The position numbers and the translations under genes are program-made. DNA of 28,726 nucleotides, taken from a virus (lineage: Duplodnaviria; Caudoviricetes). The notes beneath the pieces were generated by a model. It was given only the letters and a program-made list of their open reading frames with translations. It had not been told where the DNA came from and made no database searches. Positions 8,810 through 18,464 of the stretch are shown in pieces (positions within the stretch are counted from its first letter, which is position 1; the number at the start of each line of letters is the position of its first letter). The stretch is from IMG/VR virus record IMGVR_UViG_3300009152_000160, positions 1 to 28,726 of that record; one strand, written 5' to 3'.

Positions 8810-8839
8810 AACTATATTAGTTTAGTATTGTGATTTGTT
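8810..8839 (-). promoter_or_regulatory. Late promoter motif copy 3 (AACA-N16-TAATATAG-TT-ATG)
   Basis: Abuts ATG 8809. Confidence 0.78.
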
Positions 8840-9273
8840 TAGATTGGCACAGCGCAATCAGTCCAATCATTGACAGTTAGTGTAATACTCATCTGATATC
8901 CTGCAGCATAATCAAGCAAATCATTATTTAAAGGTGTGAACACAGGTACACTTACAACATCAAAAGAATAATCATTACTATCCATATAATAGATATATAA
9001 ATCATTTAATATTTGCTGTGTATCACTTAAGATAGTTATAATATTGGTTCTATCTTTTTGAATAATGTCGTAACAATAGATATCGAAGGTAAACTCAGTT
9101 GTGTTCTCAGTTGGGATAACTCCACTAGGTACAATATAAACGAGGGGATACTTTTCATCTTGAGTAGCAAAGTTATAAAGTTGCTCTTTAAAATCAGTTC
9201 CTACCTTAAAGACTTGCTTATGAGCTGTGTAAAATGCAATGATGTGGTTTGTTATTGCTTGGAGGCTGTTCAT
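8839..9273 (-). CDS. Putative tail terminator protein
   Basis: 144 aa, acidic; YPLVYIVP, FTFDIYCYD, LSDTQQILND and AAGYQMSITL motifs. Confidence 0.55.
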   Translation of the reverse strand: MNSLQAITNHIIAFYTAHKQVFKVGTDFKEQLYNFATQDEKYPLVYIVPSGVIPTENTTEFTFDIYCYDIIQKDRTNIITILSDTQQILNDLYIYYMDSNDYSFDVVSVPVFTPLNNDLLDYAAGYQMSITLTVNDWTDCAVPI

Positions 9274-11501
9274 AGTTCGGCGTTTTTATTAATCAAATTT
9301 ATTTTATTTTGTACGTTTGTTATTTGTGTCTCACTTACTACAGCTGTTACTGTCATATTTCCTTCATTTGAGTTATCTCCGCCTGCATTCATAGTGCTTG
9401 CATTGTTTGATGAACCAAAGAGTTGAGCTGCTTGAGGTAAAACTGTAGCAGCCGAAGTTCCTCCTGTATCACCACCACCACCTCCGCCACCACCACCACC
9501 TGCACTAGGAGCTGTACCGGGTGAAGAAAGTATTTGTTTTGCTTTAGCTACGTTGGTAGCAATTTGAATAATGCCGGCTGCAAATTGAGCAATACCTGCA
9601 CCTCCACCTGTCACAGCATTAAATGGGTTCATATTAGCAGCCGCCACCAAAGAAGAGATAGCCTTAGCCGTGTCTATACCTATTTGAATTAAAGCACTTG
9701 CCTTGTTGAATTTTTCTAATTTCTTTTGGTCTTTGATAAGCATACCACCTAAGTTGGTAAGTCCATCTACTGTGTCTTTAGCAAAAGCTAGTTTAGAATC
9801 TCTGACTTGTTTTTCTTTTTCTATTCTAGCAATAGCAGCATCATTCTCAACTTTTTCAATATCTGCTTTATGCTTATTTTCCAATGCTAGCAAAGTCTCA
9901 GCGTTACCATTAGCAAGTTCCTGCTCTTTTAGATACTGAGCTTCAATGGCTAATATTTTCCGTTGGTCATCAGTTAATCCTAATTCATTGAGTGAGTTCA
10001 ATAGAGCCTGTTGGTCAGCTATCTTTTTATCTCCTCTAGCTTTTGTGGTAGCTGCATCTGCTTTTGCTAACTCATCTTGAATTTCAATAAATAGTGCAGA
10101 GTCTGCCCCATATTTTTCTTTGGCTGCATTAATAGATTGGTTATAGGCTACCTTTTGCTGTTCTGCTATCTTAGCCTCACCCTCAACCATATTGGCTATC
10201 TTCAATGCATTGAGTGCCTGATAGGCTTCGTTTTCTTTTTTCTTTGCAGCCTCAGTCATTTTATCCTTTTCCTGAGTTTCTGCTAAATTGAATGCCTTTA
10301 GCAATGCTGCTTTTTCAATATCATTCTTGGTAGCATCTTTAAGTAAGTCAGCTCGTAGCCTTTCGTACTTTTCTTTAAGTAACTCCCCTTCTCTTACAGC
10401 ATCATCTTTTATCGCAGCTATCCTTAAGTCTTCAATTTGTCTCTCAGCATTTAATCTATTAGTATCAAAAGTTTTTTGGTCTGCTATCCTCTTATCATTA
10501 AGAGTCTTCCAAACAGCCCTAGCATTATCTGCTACCTTCTTTGCATTATCTGCTACCTTCTTTTCATTGGCTGCATACATCACCTCCCTTGCATTATCGG
10601 CACCCCTAATGATTTCATTCTCTTCTGTAAGCTTATCCCTTAATTTTTGTTTCTCTTCTTCAGCAGCTGTACCTACCATATGGGCCATTGAGTCCAATGT
10701 TGCCTGAGCAGCAGCCTTTCTTACTTCTGCTTCAGCTTCAAGTTCTTTTGATTTTCGTATCTCTAAGACAACAGTATCTTTTCCTGCAGCTCTAGCCATA
10801 GCTATCTCTTGGTCATAATACTGAGATATTTGCTCAGTTCTTTTTTTACTAGCCTCAGTGCTTTTTTCAGCAGCTGCTTTAACTCTTTCAGCATTGTCAT
10901 CGGCAGCAAATGAAGTCAAACCTAACCAATCAGTAAGTTTCTTAAAGCCTTCAATTAAAAGTTTTACAGCTTCTACAAGTATGTATATTCCGAAAAAAGC
11001 AATTTTCAAGGCTGTACCAAATTTTCCTAGTTTATCTTCCCAAACCGTGAAAGCTAAAACTATAGCTACTATCACCACGACTAACAAAAATATAGGGTTA
11101 GTTAGCAATTGTAATCCCATCTTAAGAAACTGAGCTCCTAACTTTCCTACAGCACTTGTAAGTAAACCTAAGCCCTTGGTTAAATCAGATACTTTGAATT
11201 TACTAACAGTACCTGTAAAAGCAGTTACCTGAGTGGCTGCCTTACTAAAGTCCAAGTTCATCAAGCTATCCTTAATGCCACTTACTTGATTTCCTACCTG
11301 TTGAATTGTAGAGCCTGTACTAAAGTTCTTAATTGTTTTATTAGTGTCCTTTAACTTCTGATTAAGCTCACCTGCTCTAGAGGATAATCTTTCAATCTCA
11401 GCCGGGTCAGTAGCAGTTACTAATTCATTTTTAATCTGCTTAAGCTCAGCCTTCATCTCGCCAAGACCTACTAATTTTATAGGGATTGTTACCTCGTTCA
11501 T
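9270..11501 (-). CDS. Tail tape measure protein
   Basis: 743 aa, Ala/Lys/Glu-rich helical sequence with a hydrophobic TNPIFLLVVVIVAIV segment and a Gly-rich C-terminal linker. Confidence 0.8.
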   Translation of the reverse strand: MNEVTIPIKLVGLGEMKAELKQIKNELVTATDPAEIERLSSRAGELNQKLKDTNKTIKNFSTGSTIQQVGNQVSGIKDSLMNLDFSKAATQVTAFTGTVSKFKVSDLTKGLGLLTSAVGKLGAQFLKMGLQLLTNPIFLLVVVIVAIVLAFTVWEDKLGKFGTALKIAFFGIYILVEAVKLLIEGFKKLTDWLGLTSFAADDNAERVKAAAEKSTEASKKRTEQISQYYDQEIAMARAAGKDTVVLEIRKSKELEAEAEVRKAAAQATLDSMAHMVGTAAEEEKQKLRDKLTEENEIIRGADNAREVMYAANEKKVADNAKKVADNARAVWKTLNDKRIADQKTFDTNRLNAERQIEDLRIAAIKDDAVREGELLKEKYERLRADLLKDATKNDIEKAALLKAFNLAETQEKDKMTEAAKKKENEAYQALNALKIANMVEGEAKIAEQQKVAYNQSINAAKEKYGADSALFIEIQDELAKADAATTKARGDKKIADQQALLNSLNELGLTDDQRKILAIEAQYLKEQELANGNAETLLALENKHKADIEKVENDAAIARIEKEKQVRDSKLAFAKDTVDGLTNLGGMLIKDQKKLEKFNKASALIQIGIDTAKAISSLVAAANMNPFNAVTGGGAGIAQFAAGIIQIATNVAKAKQILSSPGTAPSAGGGGGGGGGGDTGGTSAATVLPQAAQLFGSSNNASTMNAGGDNSNEGNMTVTAVVSETQITNVQNKINLINKNAEL
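10522..10563. repeat. Exact 21-bp tandem duplication in the tape measure gene (KKVADNA x2)
   Basis: GCATTATCTGCTACCTTCTTT occurs twice. Confidence 0.9.
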
Positions 11502-11502
11502 T

Positions 11503-14379
11503 TTATATGTAATATTTAATTTCTATTGTTGTGTTTATAAGATAACCATCAATGTAACCTGTACCTATTTGAGAGGTGGTTATATATACTTCATTAGATG
11601 CACCTAGATAAGTTGTAGATACTATTCCATCGTAGAAAACATTATTAATCATAATAGTAAAAAATGGGACTATAATATCGCCTATGTTATACCCATCTAA
11701 ATATCCTACGTACTCACCTACGTTTGAGCGTGTCCAAGTGATACCACCTATTGTATCATTAATCACTTGAGCAATTGGGTCAGCTACACCAAATTGAGAA
11801 ATGGTAGCAGTATAAACTAAAGGAGTAATACCTACCGGAACTCCGTTAAAAGTTGAAGCTCTTATGTTGTCACCTGCCAATTCGTTTTCACTTACTATGT
11901 ATCCATCACCTACAACTACTGACCTCGTTCCCCCTACTATTATGTTTCCTCTCCCCATTACCTGAGCATTGGCTTGATTGCCAAATACATTAGTGGTAAT
12001 CATTCGAGTCGTGTTTACGTTGCTCATCGCAAACATCTGCATAGCTCCAATTGCTGCAGGAGGATTAGGTATGATAGGCCCACTTGGCCCCATAAATGGT
12101 GAGAAGTTAATCTCGTTGTCAATACTAATTAATTCTACTTTTGTAAGCTTGTTTGAATTAGCATCATAGTCGATTACCTTGTTAATATTCCACCACGAGT
12201 TGTCTATTCTTATCTTATCATTTAACTTCATTGCTTGTATGTCAGGCTCTTTCAAGTTAAACATAGCAGTAAGCATCTTACCATTATTGATTTGTCCCAT
12301 TGTACGCCTCCAATATCTATTGTATAGATTATTGTCAGTTAAGCTAGATGGTTGATAATAGTAGAAATCACATATAGCATAGTTAATGTCAAACGTGGGA
12401 GTAAGTGGGTCATCGAAGTGACCAACTAAAGGATAGTTTGTTAAGTTGATTTGACCAACACTTCCGATATCATAGATGTAAAATTGGCCACACGTTGCTA
12501 ATGGTTGACCTACAGTAGTCTTATCGTATAAAATACGTATGTTAGTCTCAGGTGCTGCACCTGATATCATTGGAACGAAAGCTCCAAAGACTGTTTTAAT
12601 CACAGGAGTAGGTGAGAATAATAATTTTTTCGTGTTTACCTCTTTAACAAATTCATTATCAAAAATTACTTCTGCTTGTCCATAAATATTACTTGTCGCA
12701 TTTGTGTAAATAGTGTTTGGGTTATCCTTGTCATCTGCATATGTAAGAATTATTTTCTTACTTGTCAGTTCAGGTAAAAACGATAGTTCTTGCTCTTGGT
12801 CTTTTGCTAGCTTGTATGTCCAATCAACCTCTGTACCGGCATCGTAGAAAGCATCTCGATGGATTAAGTTAATCTTATTTGGCTGAGTGTTGTCAATTGT
12901 AGCATAAAGATTATACATATTGAAGATAGACTTAATGAAGTCACTCTGCTTTATCTTTTTTGGAACGTAATCGTTCACATCTATCGTGCCACCTATGGTA
13001 TATATTGTAGAAGATGGTACTATGCTTAGTTGTATATTAGTAATGACAGCTTGTATAACTAACTGACCGGATGCAGGTGTAGGCCCTGATGGTGATATTC
13101 TTCTCCACCCTCTTACCGAACTTGTGTTGTTAGTTGTTATTAACGTATGCTGAGATACATTTATACCTAAAGTGCCTGTATTAGCTGTAGTAAGTGAAGC
13201 ACCACTTAATGGTATATTAGTTTGAACAGTTTGATTTAAAATATTAGTTGTTCCTACAGGTATAGTTAAAGGACATTGCACAGCGTTACCTGCATTTGTA
13301 TAACCTGCAGGAGGTAAGCCATTTACATATAAATTACTAAAAGCAATATTTTGACCTGCTACTTGAACTCCTATCATCGGTTTATAGAATACAGATGCAG
13401 CTACACCTCCAACATTGCCATATAAAGTACCACCTGAACTATTAACTAGATTAAGTTGATAAGTTATAGTAACGCTATAGTCATAGTATTGAGCATTTAA
13501 CGCACTAATATTGAAAGGTAATGAGTATACACCTGTTGCAGGAGTAAATATGTTTTGAGGGTCTTCTAACTCAGTCCATCCGGTAATGTTTATCTTAGTA
13601 GCAGGTGTAAAACTAGTAGCTATTTGTGCTATATTAGAGAATCCTGCCCAATTGACAGCTCCATTGATTGTAGTGGAAGTTGTCTTTTCTGCCTTGACTA
13701 AATAATCAGCATAGTCAAAGTTATCTACCCCTCCATTGTAAGGTATGAATAACTTTTCAAATCTATCATAGCCCATAGATGGCCAATCGTAGGTAAACCC
13801 TGCGTCTTGAAAGATTCTATCAAAGTACACCTTAGCAAAGATTGCAGGCTTAAATTCTTGAGTGTTATAGATAGCGTCATCTGATGCAGGTAAGAAATAC
13901 TTGAAGCCATCTACCACTGTGTTACTAAATCTATTAACCACATTAAGAGCATTATACGTGTGGTTGAAGTCACTAAAATCTATATCCGTTAATTCTTTGT
14001 TCGTGATGGCTGTAAAAAAATCTGCCTTTGAGTCTTTAATTAACACCTCGTATGTAACGTGTTCCTCGTAACCATCTGTGAGCTGAGTCTTTAGTATAGA
14101 AGTCAACTGCAAAGAACAATCTTCCATTACAGGTATTCCATCTTGAATTACAGTACAAGTAGTTATAGCGTTTATGTTAAACGTACCCTCAATGATATTT
14201 ACATCGTAGTAATGGTTAAGCAAGTTGTTGTTATTCTTGCTACCGGTAAGCGTGATAGTCTTTGAAAAGTTTCCCTTACGTTGGCTAATATCTCTTATAT
14301 CCCCTACTTGAAAATTCAAGGGAAAGGCTGTACCTTCTTTGACATCTAGAAAACCTGTTGATAGTTGTATCTTAACCAT
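11503..14379 (-). CDS. Large tail tip/baseplate hub protein (putative)
   Basis: 958 aa; N-terminal DIRDISQRKGNFSKTITL, KQSDFIKSIFNMYNL and VDWTYKL motifs seen in Bacteroidota phage tail proteins; beta-rich. Confidence 0.65.
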   Translation of the reverse strand: MVKIQLSTGFLDVKEGTAFPLNFQVGDIRDISQRKGNFSKTITLTGSKNNNNLLNHYYDVNIIEGTFNINAITTCTVIQDGIPVMEDCSLQLTSILKTQLTDGYEEHVTYEVLIKDSKADFFTAITNKELTDIDFSDFNHTYNALNVVNRFSNTVVDGFKYFLPASDDAIYNTQEFKPAIFAKVYFDRIFQDAGFTYDWPSMGYDRFEKLFIPYNGGVDNFDYADYLVKAEKTTSTTINGAVNWAGFSNIAQIATSFTPATKINITGWTELEDPQNIFTPATGVYSLPFNISALNAQYYDYSVTITYQLNLVNSSGGTLYGNVGGVAASVFYKPMIGVQVAGQNIAFSNLYVNGLPPAGYTNAGNAVQCPLTIPVGTTNILNQTVQTNIPLSGASLTTANTGTLGINVSQHTLITTNNTSSVRGWRRISPSGPTPASGQLVIQAVITNIQLSIVPSSTIYTIGGTIDVNDYVPKKIKQSDFIKSIFNMYNLYATIDNTQPNKINLIHRDAFYDAGTEVDWTYKLAKDQEQELSFLPELTSKKIILTYADDKDNPNTIYTNATSNIYGQAEVIFDNEFVKEVNTKKLLFSPTPVIKTVFGAFVPMISGAAPETNIRILYDKTTVGQPLATCGQFYIYDIGSVGQINLTNYPLVGHFDDPLTPTFDINYAICDFYYYQPSSLTDNNLYNRYWRRTMGQINNGKMLTAMFNLKEPDIQAMKLNDKIRIDNSWWNINKVIDYDANSNKLTKVELISIDNEINFSPFMGPSGPIIPNPPAAIGAMQMFAMSNVNTTRMITTNVFGNQANAQVMGRGNIIVGGTRSVVVGDGYIVSENELAGDNIRASTFNGVPVGITPLVYTATISQFGVADPIAQVINDTIGGITWTRSNVGEYVGYLDGYNIGDIIVPFFTIMINNVFYDGIVSTTYLGASNEVYITTSQIGTGYIDGYLINTTIEIKYYI

Positions 14380-15841
14380 TTACTATATTGTTATTTGCTA
14401 ACTTGATTGTAATGTTTTGCTTGATTAGATTCTTGTTCCTTTGGTTGTATACTTGATAGTCGCTAGTCATAATATTACAGCTAATGTATGGAGTACTTTC
14501 CGGTAGCTCACAATCTAGCGAGTAGTCGCTTTGCTTTACAAAAGTCACAGGCGACGAGATAAGCTCAGTAAAATAGTTAGCCGTTTCGATGTTCATAAAG
14601 TTAGTCGCTAAGTCTATAGTTGTGCTTGTGCTTACATAAGTGTTTGTCATTCCTCTATCAGTAAGTTCATAATCCCATTGATTTGACCCATTGATATATC
14701 CTTTAACATCTTGGTTGAATTGCTCTCGTGTTACGTTACCTTTTTCGTAGCTGTTAAGTGTGAATGCAAAGCTACCCCACGAACCCATCCTATCAAGGAA
14801 TAAGATAGAGTACTCTGTTGTTCTTATTCTTCTATCTAAATAAAAATAGTATCTTCTAGAAGATTGTACACCATTCCTAAGATAGCTTACGTTGTACCAT
14901 TCGGTTGTTGGTTTAATCATAGGTAAAGCTCCTGAAACAACAGACAACAAGCCATAGTTATTTGGCCCTGCACTTATTCCACTAACGTGGTCTGCAGCTG
15001 TTACGTTCTTTTCAAATACATCACCATCGCTAGTAACAATGTATAAAGTATCCGGTGGAGTAGGTGAACTATTAGCTATAGCGTTAAGCCATATATCTTG
15101 TGACAAGGTAGCGTAAAAGTTATTAGGCGGAAGCGTAGTAAGGAATCTATCAAAGATACCATTTAACATATAATCTTGATAATTATAGCTAGGCCATTCG
15201 CTCCATCTTATAGCTCCGTTAAAGACATACCTGTTTAACACTAAAGCCATATTACGAGTGACAGTCTTACGACCATCTGCATAAGTGATAGCACCATCTA
15301 CGTTTGGGTTACCTATCAAAGTCCATAAACTATTTACTACTATATACAATGGGTTTGCTACTAGCACCGTGAATAACCCTTCTAAGTTTGGATTCGCAGA
15401 GCCACCAACTCCTTGAGTGATTTGAATTTGGTCACCAACTATAAAAGTATTGGCTACGTTTATCTGTACTCTTCCGTTGTACGGAGCAGGTATATATTGG
15501 GTTAATGCAAATGTATAAAGAGTGGTAGTAAGATATTCCTCGCCAACCTTTACATCATATTTATAATGGCTGTTAGGTGCGTTATATACCGTGGTGTTTG
15601 TTAAATTCAAATCATAGCTGACCTTTGCTTGTAGTAACTTCGATAAGTCTATCTCGCCAAAGCCTGTAGCATATGTAGGCATAACTCTATACTCAGCTAT
15701 TTTGTTAGCTGTACCACTTTGATATATGTCATAGATAAACTTGAAACCTTGAAGAGCTACATTGCTTGAGCTATAGATGTACTTGACAGGGTTATATGCC
15801 GGAACGATTACTTGAGGTGTTGCTTGTGCTACTAGTGCCAT
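14372..15841 (-). CDS. Tail structural protein (distal tail-like, putative)
   Basis: 489 aa; PAYNP N-terminus, FLDRMGSWGSFAF and ELISSPV motifs; first gene after a late promoter. Confidence 0.6.
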   Translation of the reverse strand: MALVAQATPQVIVPAYNPVKYIYSSSNVALQGFKFIYDIYQSGTANKIAEYRVMPTYATGFGEIDLSKLLQAKVSYDLNLTNTTVYNAPNSHYKYDVKVGEEYLTTTLYTFALTQYIPAPYNGRVQINVANTFIVGDQIQITQGVGGSANPNLEGLFTVLVANPLYIVVNSLWTLIGNPNVDGAITYADGRKTVTRNMALVLNRYVFNGAIRWSEWPSYNYQDYMLNGIFDRFLTTLPPNNFYATLSQDIWLNAIANSSPTPPDTLYIVTSDGDVFEKNVTAADHVSGISAGPNNYGLLSVVSGALPMIKPTTEWYNVSYLRNGVQSSRRYYFYLDRRIRTTEYSILFLDRMGSWGSFAFTLNSYEKGNVTREQFNQDVKGYINGSNQWDYELTDRGMTNTYVSTSTTIDLATNFMNIETANYFTELISSPVTFVKQSDYSLDCELPESTPYISCNIMTSDYQVYNQRNKNLIKQNITIKLANNNIVNG

Positions 15842-15853
15842 TTAAATGTCTTT

Positions 15854-15883
15854 ACCTATATTAGTTTATTTCGTGTTCGTGTT
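15854..15883 (-). promoter_or_regulatory. Late promoter motif copy 4 (AACA-N16-TAATATAG-GT-A)
   Basis: 12 nt upstream of ATG 15841. Confidence 0.78.
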
Positions 15884-16042
15884 TTTGAACTCATTCATAG
15901 CTATCATATAAGCTTGGTCAAGTAAGGCTAAATGTTGTTGCATACGTTCAGGTCTATTGAATACTATCCTCACTTGCTTACCGGTCTTATGATGTATGAA
16001 GGCTTGCACCACTTGTATTTTATGGAGTATATCAGAATGCAT
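15866..16042 (-). CDS. Hypothetical protein, 58 aa (not in ORF track)
   Basis: MHSDILHKIQVVQAFIHHKTGKQVRIVFNRPERMQQHLALLDQAYMIAMNEFKNTNTK*; overlaps the TerL stop and fills the gap. Confidence 0.6.
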   Translation of the reverse strand: MHSDILHKIQVVQAFIHHKTGKQVRIVFNRPERMQQHLALLDQAYMIAMNEFKNTNTK

Positions 16043-17180
16043 AGTAAGAGTCGTCAGTATAATACTCTTGTCTTATGTGAGTAGTTGCATAGCGGATAGC
16101 ATCCATTGCATCGTCGAATAACTTGACCGGTTCGTCAGTTATGAAATCGGCTATCTTTTTCCATTTGTAGTTTTCATACTCTCTTTTAAGTGCCTTATCT
16201 TCTTGACATATTACACCGAAAGTCTTAACATTGTCTATTCCTTTCTTCACTACCTTGTTAGCGTTTTGCACATCGTACCCGGCTATATTCATCTCTTGGA
16301 TAATTTCGGGTCTTGAGTAGTCAGCTAAGATGGTAACTGTTTGCTCTATGCCTAGACTGCCTAGCTTTTCGATTAGCATAGTGGTAGTTAAGTAACTCTC
16401 GTATATGACAGGCTCAATGTATATGTCATTGTCACAATAGTAAACTCGCATAAGAGCAGTTGGATGGTTATACCCAAAATCAATTCCGTATACGTACTTG
16501 ACGAACCTAGCAGGTCTATGAGTAACGAATGACCAATTGCTATATATGTTACTCTTGCTTGTTGCTTTTTCTCCTAATGCATAGATTTGGTATAAAGCCT
16601 CGTCAGTACGCTTGAGGTCTTCTATTTGTAGCTTAATGCTTTCCGGTAAGAATGGATTGTCCCTATACGTTGATTTGATTAATATGCTTTCGTCTTTTGG
16701 TAGCTCGTATAACCAAGAGGAAGAATCACTAGGATTGTAATCAAAGATGAGCTTGTCCTCTGTTCGCATATTTAATTGAGTATAGTCATCGAAAAATAAT
16801 TCGTTTGCCTCATTGCACCACGCTATGTCCCTCTTTCTACCTCTTATCTTTTGCTCATCATCCACACTAAAAAATTCAATCATTGACCCATTAGCAAAGG
16901 TGTAGATGTGTTCGCTCTTGTTGTGAGCTTCTTGCTTGTATAGTCCAATGTCTTTGAGTATCTCTATGAAGTCACGGAGTACTGTGGCTCTCAATGCCGG
17001 AAACGTCTTACGTATTACGCTGACTACCTTATTGTTATTTTGAAGGCAATATATTATCATTAACTGACAAAGCGAATAAGTCTTAGAGCTTCTAGAGCCA
17101 CCCTCGTTTATGATAAAGCGTTTGTCTCCCGAGATAGCGTCATAGTTTTTCTCGAAGATGACGGTGCTTTTAATTTCCAT
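16032..17180 (-). CDS. terL: Terminase large subunit (PBSX/SPP1-like)
   Basis: Walker A EGGSRSSKT, Walker B WCNEANE, DYNP motif, nuclease motifs GIDFGY and DDAMDAIRY. Confidence 0.95.
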   Translation of the reverse strand: MEIKSTVIFEKNYDAISGDKRFIINEGGSRSSKTYSLCQLMIIYCLQNNNKVVSVIRKTFPALRATVLRDFIEILKDIGLYKQEAHNKSEHIYTFANGSMIEFFSVDDEQKIRGRKRDIAWCNEANELFFDDYTQLNMRTEDKLIFDYNPSDSSSWLYELPKDESILIKSTYRDNPFLPESIKLQIEDLKRTDEALYQIYALGEKATSKSNIYSNWSFVTHRPARFVKYVYGIDFGYNHPTALMRVYYCDNDIYIEPVIYESYLTTTMLIEKLGSLGIEQTVTILADYSRPEIIQEMNIAGYDVQNANKVVKKGIDNVKTFGVICQEDKALKREYENYKWKKIADFITDEPVKLFDDAMDAIRYATTHIRQEYYTDDSYYAF

Positions 17181-17603
17181 TTATTCAGTAGGCTTGACAA
17201 TTGTCACAGTGATAGCGTTAATCTTTTCGTTGTCGCTTGTTACGTCTGTTTGTTCTTTGAGTGCGTTCAATCGTTGGGTTATCGATGGGTTATATTGTCC
17301 AACCATTCCGCCTGTGATTTGGTCGTTTCTGATTTCCTTCTTAATGTGCGAACAGACTGTCTTGTATTCGGAATATCTGCCCTCGGTATTATCGAAATAG
17401 TTATGTACGTCTGAGTAGTTATTAAAACAAAATATCTCAAAGCCTTCATTTGTTAAAGGCACTCTTAGAGGTTCTGCTATCATCTCTGCTGTCTTTTGAG
17501 AGAGTACGTACTTTGTTCTAGGGTTAGCTAGAGTATAAGCCTTGTACTCTTCAAAGATTTGCATTAACTTCTCAGGTGTCTCTATTAACTTTACTCTAGG
17601 CAT
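17181..17603 (-). CDS. terS: Terminase small subunit (P22 gp3-like)
   Basis: Directly upstream of TerL; ETPEKL..F..Y, PLTNEGF and GQYNPSITQRL motifs. Confidence 0.85.
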   Translation of the reverse strand: MPRVKLIETPEKLMQIFEEYKAYTLANPRTKYVLSQKTAEMIAEPLRVPLTNEGFEIFCFNNYSDVHNYFDNTEGRYSEYKTVCSHIKKEIRNDQITGGMVGQYNPSITQRLNALKEQTDVTSDNEKINAITVTIVKPTE

Positions 17604-17796
17604 CTTTATCTTTTTTCGTGTTTTCGACGCCTGTGTATTTTACTTTTGGTGTTGCTTCCTCAAATAAATATCCAAGACCAATCGAGGTATAATACTTGTG
17701 GTCTTTAGCTGTTTCCTCTGTTACTGTGAACGAGGTCTCAAAATTTCCGTTGTAGGTAGTAATATACTTTCCTAGGTATTCATTCTTTGTCTTCAT
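17596..17796 (-). CDS. Hypothetical protein, 66 aa
   Basis: Overlap-coupled with both neighbours; GLGYLFEE motif. Confidence 0.7.
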   Translation of the reverse strand: MKTKNEYLGKYITTYNGNFETSFTVTEETAKDHKYYTSIGLGYLFEEATPKVKYTGVENTKKDKDA

Positions 17797-17944
17797 ATTG
17801 TAGTAAAATTAAAAAAGTGTAATAAAATGCAATCCATAAACCTGCAGCTCTTGAAGCCCATACATAATCTAAAGTGAATAAAGCTAAGCCACAGCTCAAT
17901 GCAGTAAGTAATGACAAGATACTAATAAATTGACTCGCTTTCAT
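17780..17944 (-). CDS. Small two-helix membrane protein, 54 aa (not in ORF track)
   Basis: MKASQFISILSLLTALSCGLALFTLDYVWASRAAGLWIAFYYTFLILLQYEDKE*; its ATG directly follows late promoter copy 5. Confidence 0.7.
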   Translation of the reverse strand: MKASQFISILSLLTALSCGLALFTLDYVWASRAAGLWIAFYYTFLILLQYEDKE

Positions 17945-18464
17945 ACCTATATTGTAATTCGTTTAAATTTTGTTTTAAGTCTTTGATGAGATAGTACGCT
18001 GAGGTGTGGGTTATTCCAAAATAAGTAGCCAATGACCTTGAAGTAATATACCCCTTGTCGATGTAAGCCTCGAAAACTATTCTTTGTACGTTATCTTTAA
18101 GGCTTAACCGGTAGATTTCAAGTAGTCCCTTTTGAAAAGAATAGTTCCTGTCTTCTTTTATCTTATCGTTTAGCTCATCGCCATCTATTCTATCCGGTGA
18201 GTTGTCTATAATGGATGTTATTCTATCGTCTTTATGGCTCTTTGATGTACTCCATAAGATTTGATATTTAATTGTATTTAACAGGTACGCCTTTACCTTG
18301 TCCTCGTCACTTGTATTATCGTTAATGGTAAGAACGTGCAGGTAAGAATTGTTTATGACGGTATCAGCGTCTAGATATAACCCCATCTTAGATAGAAAAT
18401 AAGCCGTGTAAGCTCTTACCTCAGGATAAGCCCTACTAATGTAATTGTCTAAGAGCCTTTTCAT
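17922..18464 (-). CDS. ECF-type sigma factor-like protein (candidate late transcription factor)
   Basis: 180 aa; region-2-like DADTVINNSYL...AYLLNTIKY and region-4-like HTH RIVFEAY...SRSLATYFGITHTSAYYLIK. Confidence 0.7.
   Translation of the reverse strand: MKRLLDNYISRAYPEVRAYTAYFLSKMGLYLDADTVINNSYLHVLTINDNTSDEDKVKAYLLNTIKYQILWSTSKSHKDDRITSIIDNSPDRIDGDELNDKIKEDRNYSFQKGLLEIYRLSLKDNVQRIVFEAYIDKGYITSRSLATYFGITHTSAYYLIKDLKQNLNELQYRYESESIY
17945..17974 (-). promoter_or_regulatory. Late promoter motif copy 5 (AACA-N16-CAATATAG-GT-ATG), inside the 3' end of the sigma-like gene
   Basis: Same spacing as the other copies; heads the terminase operon. Confidence 0.75.

Noticed and set aside
9471-9501. 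(CCA/CCG)n microsatellite as a phase-variable tract
   Set aside because: It encodes a poly-Gly linker with mixed codons; triplet changes would keep the frame.
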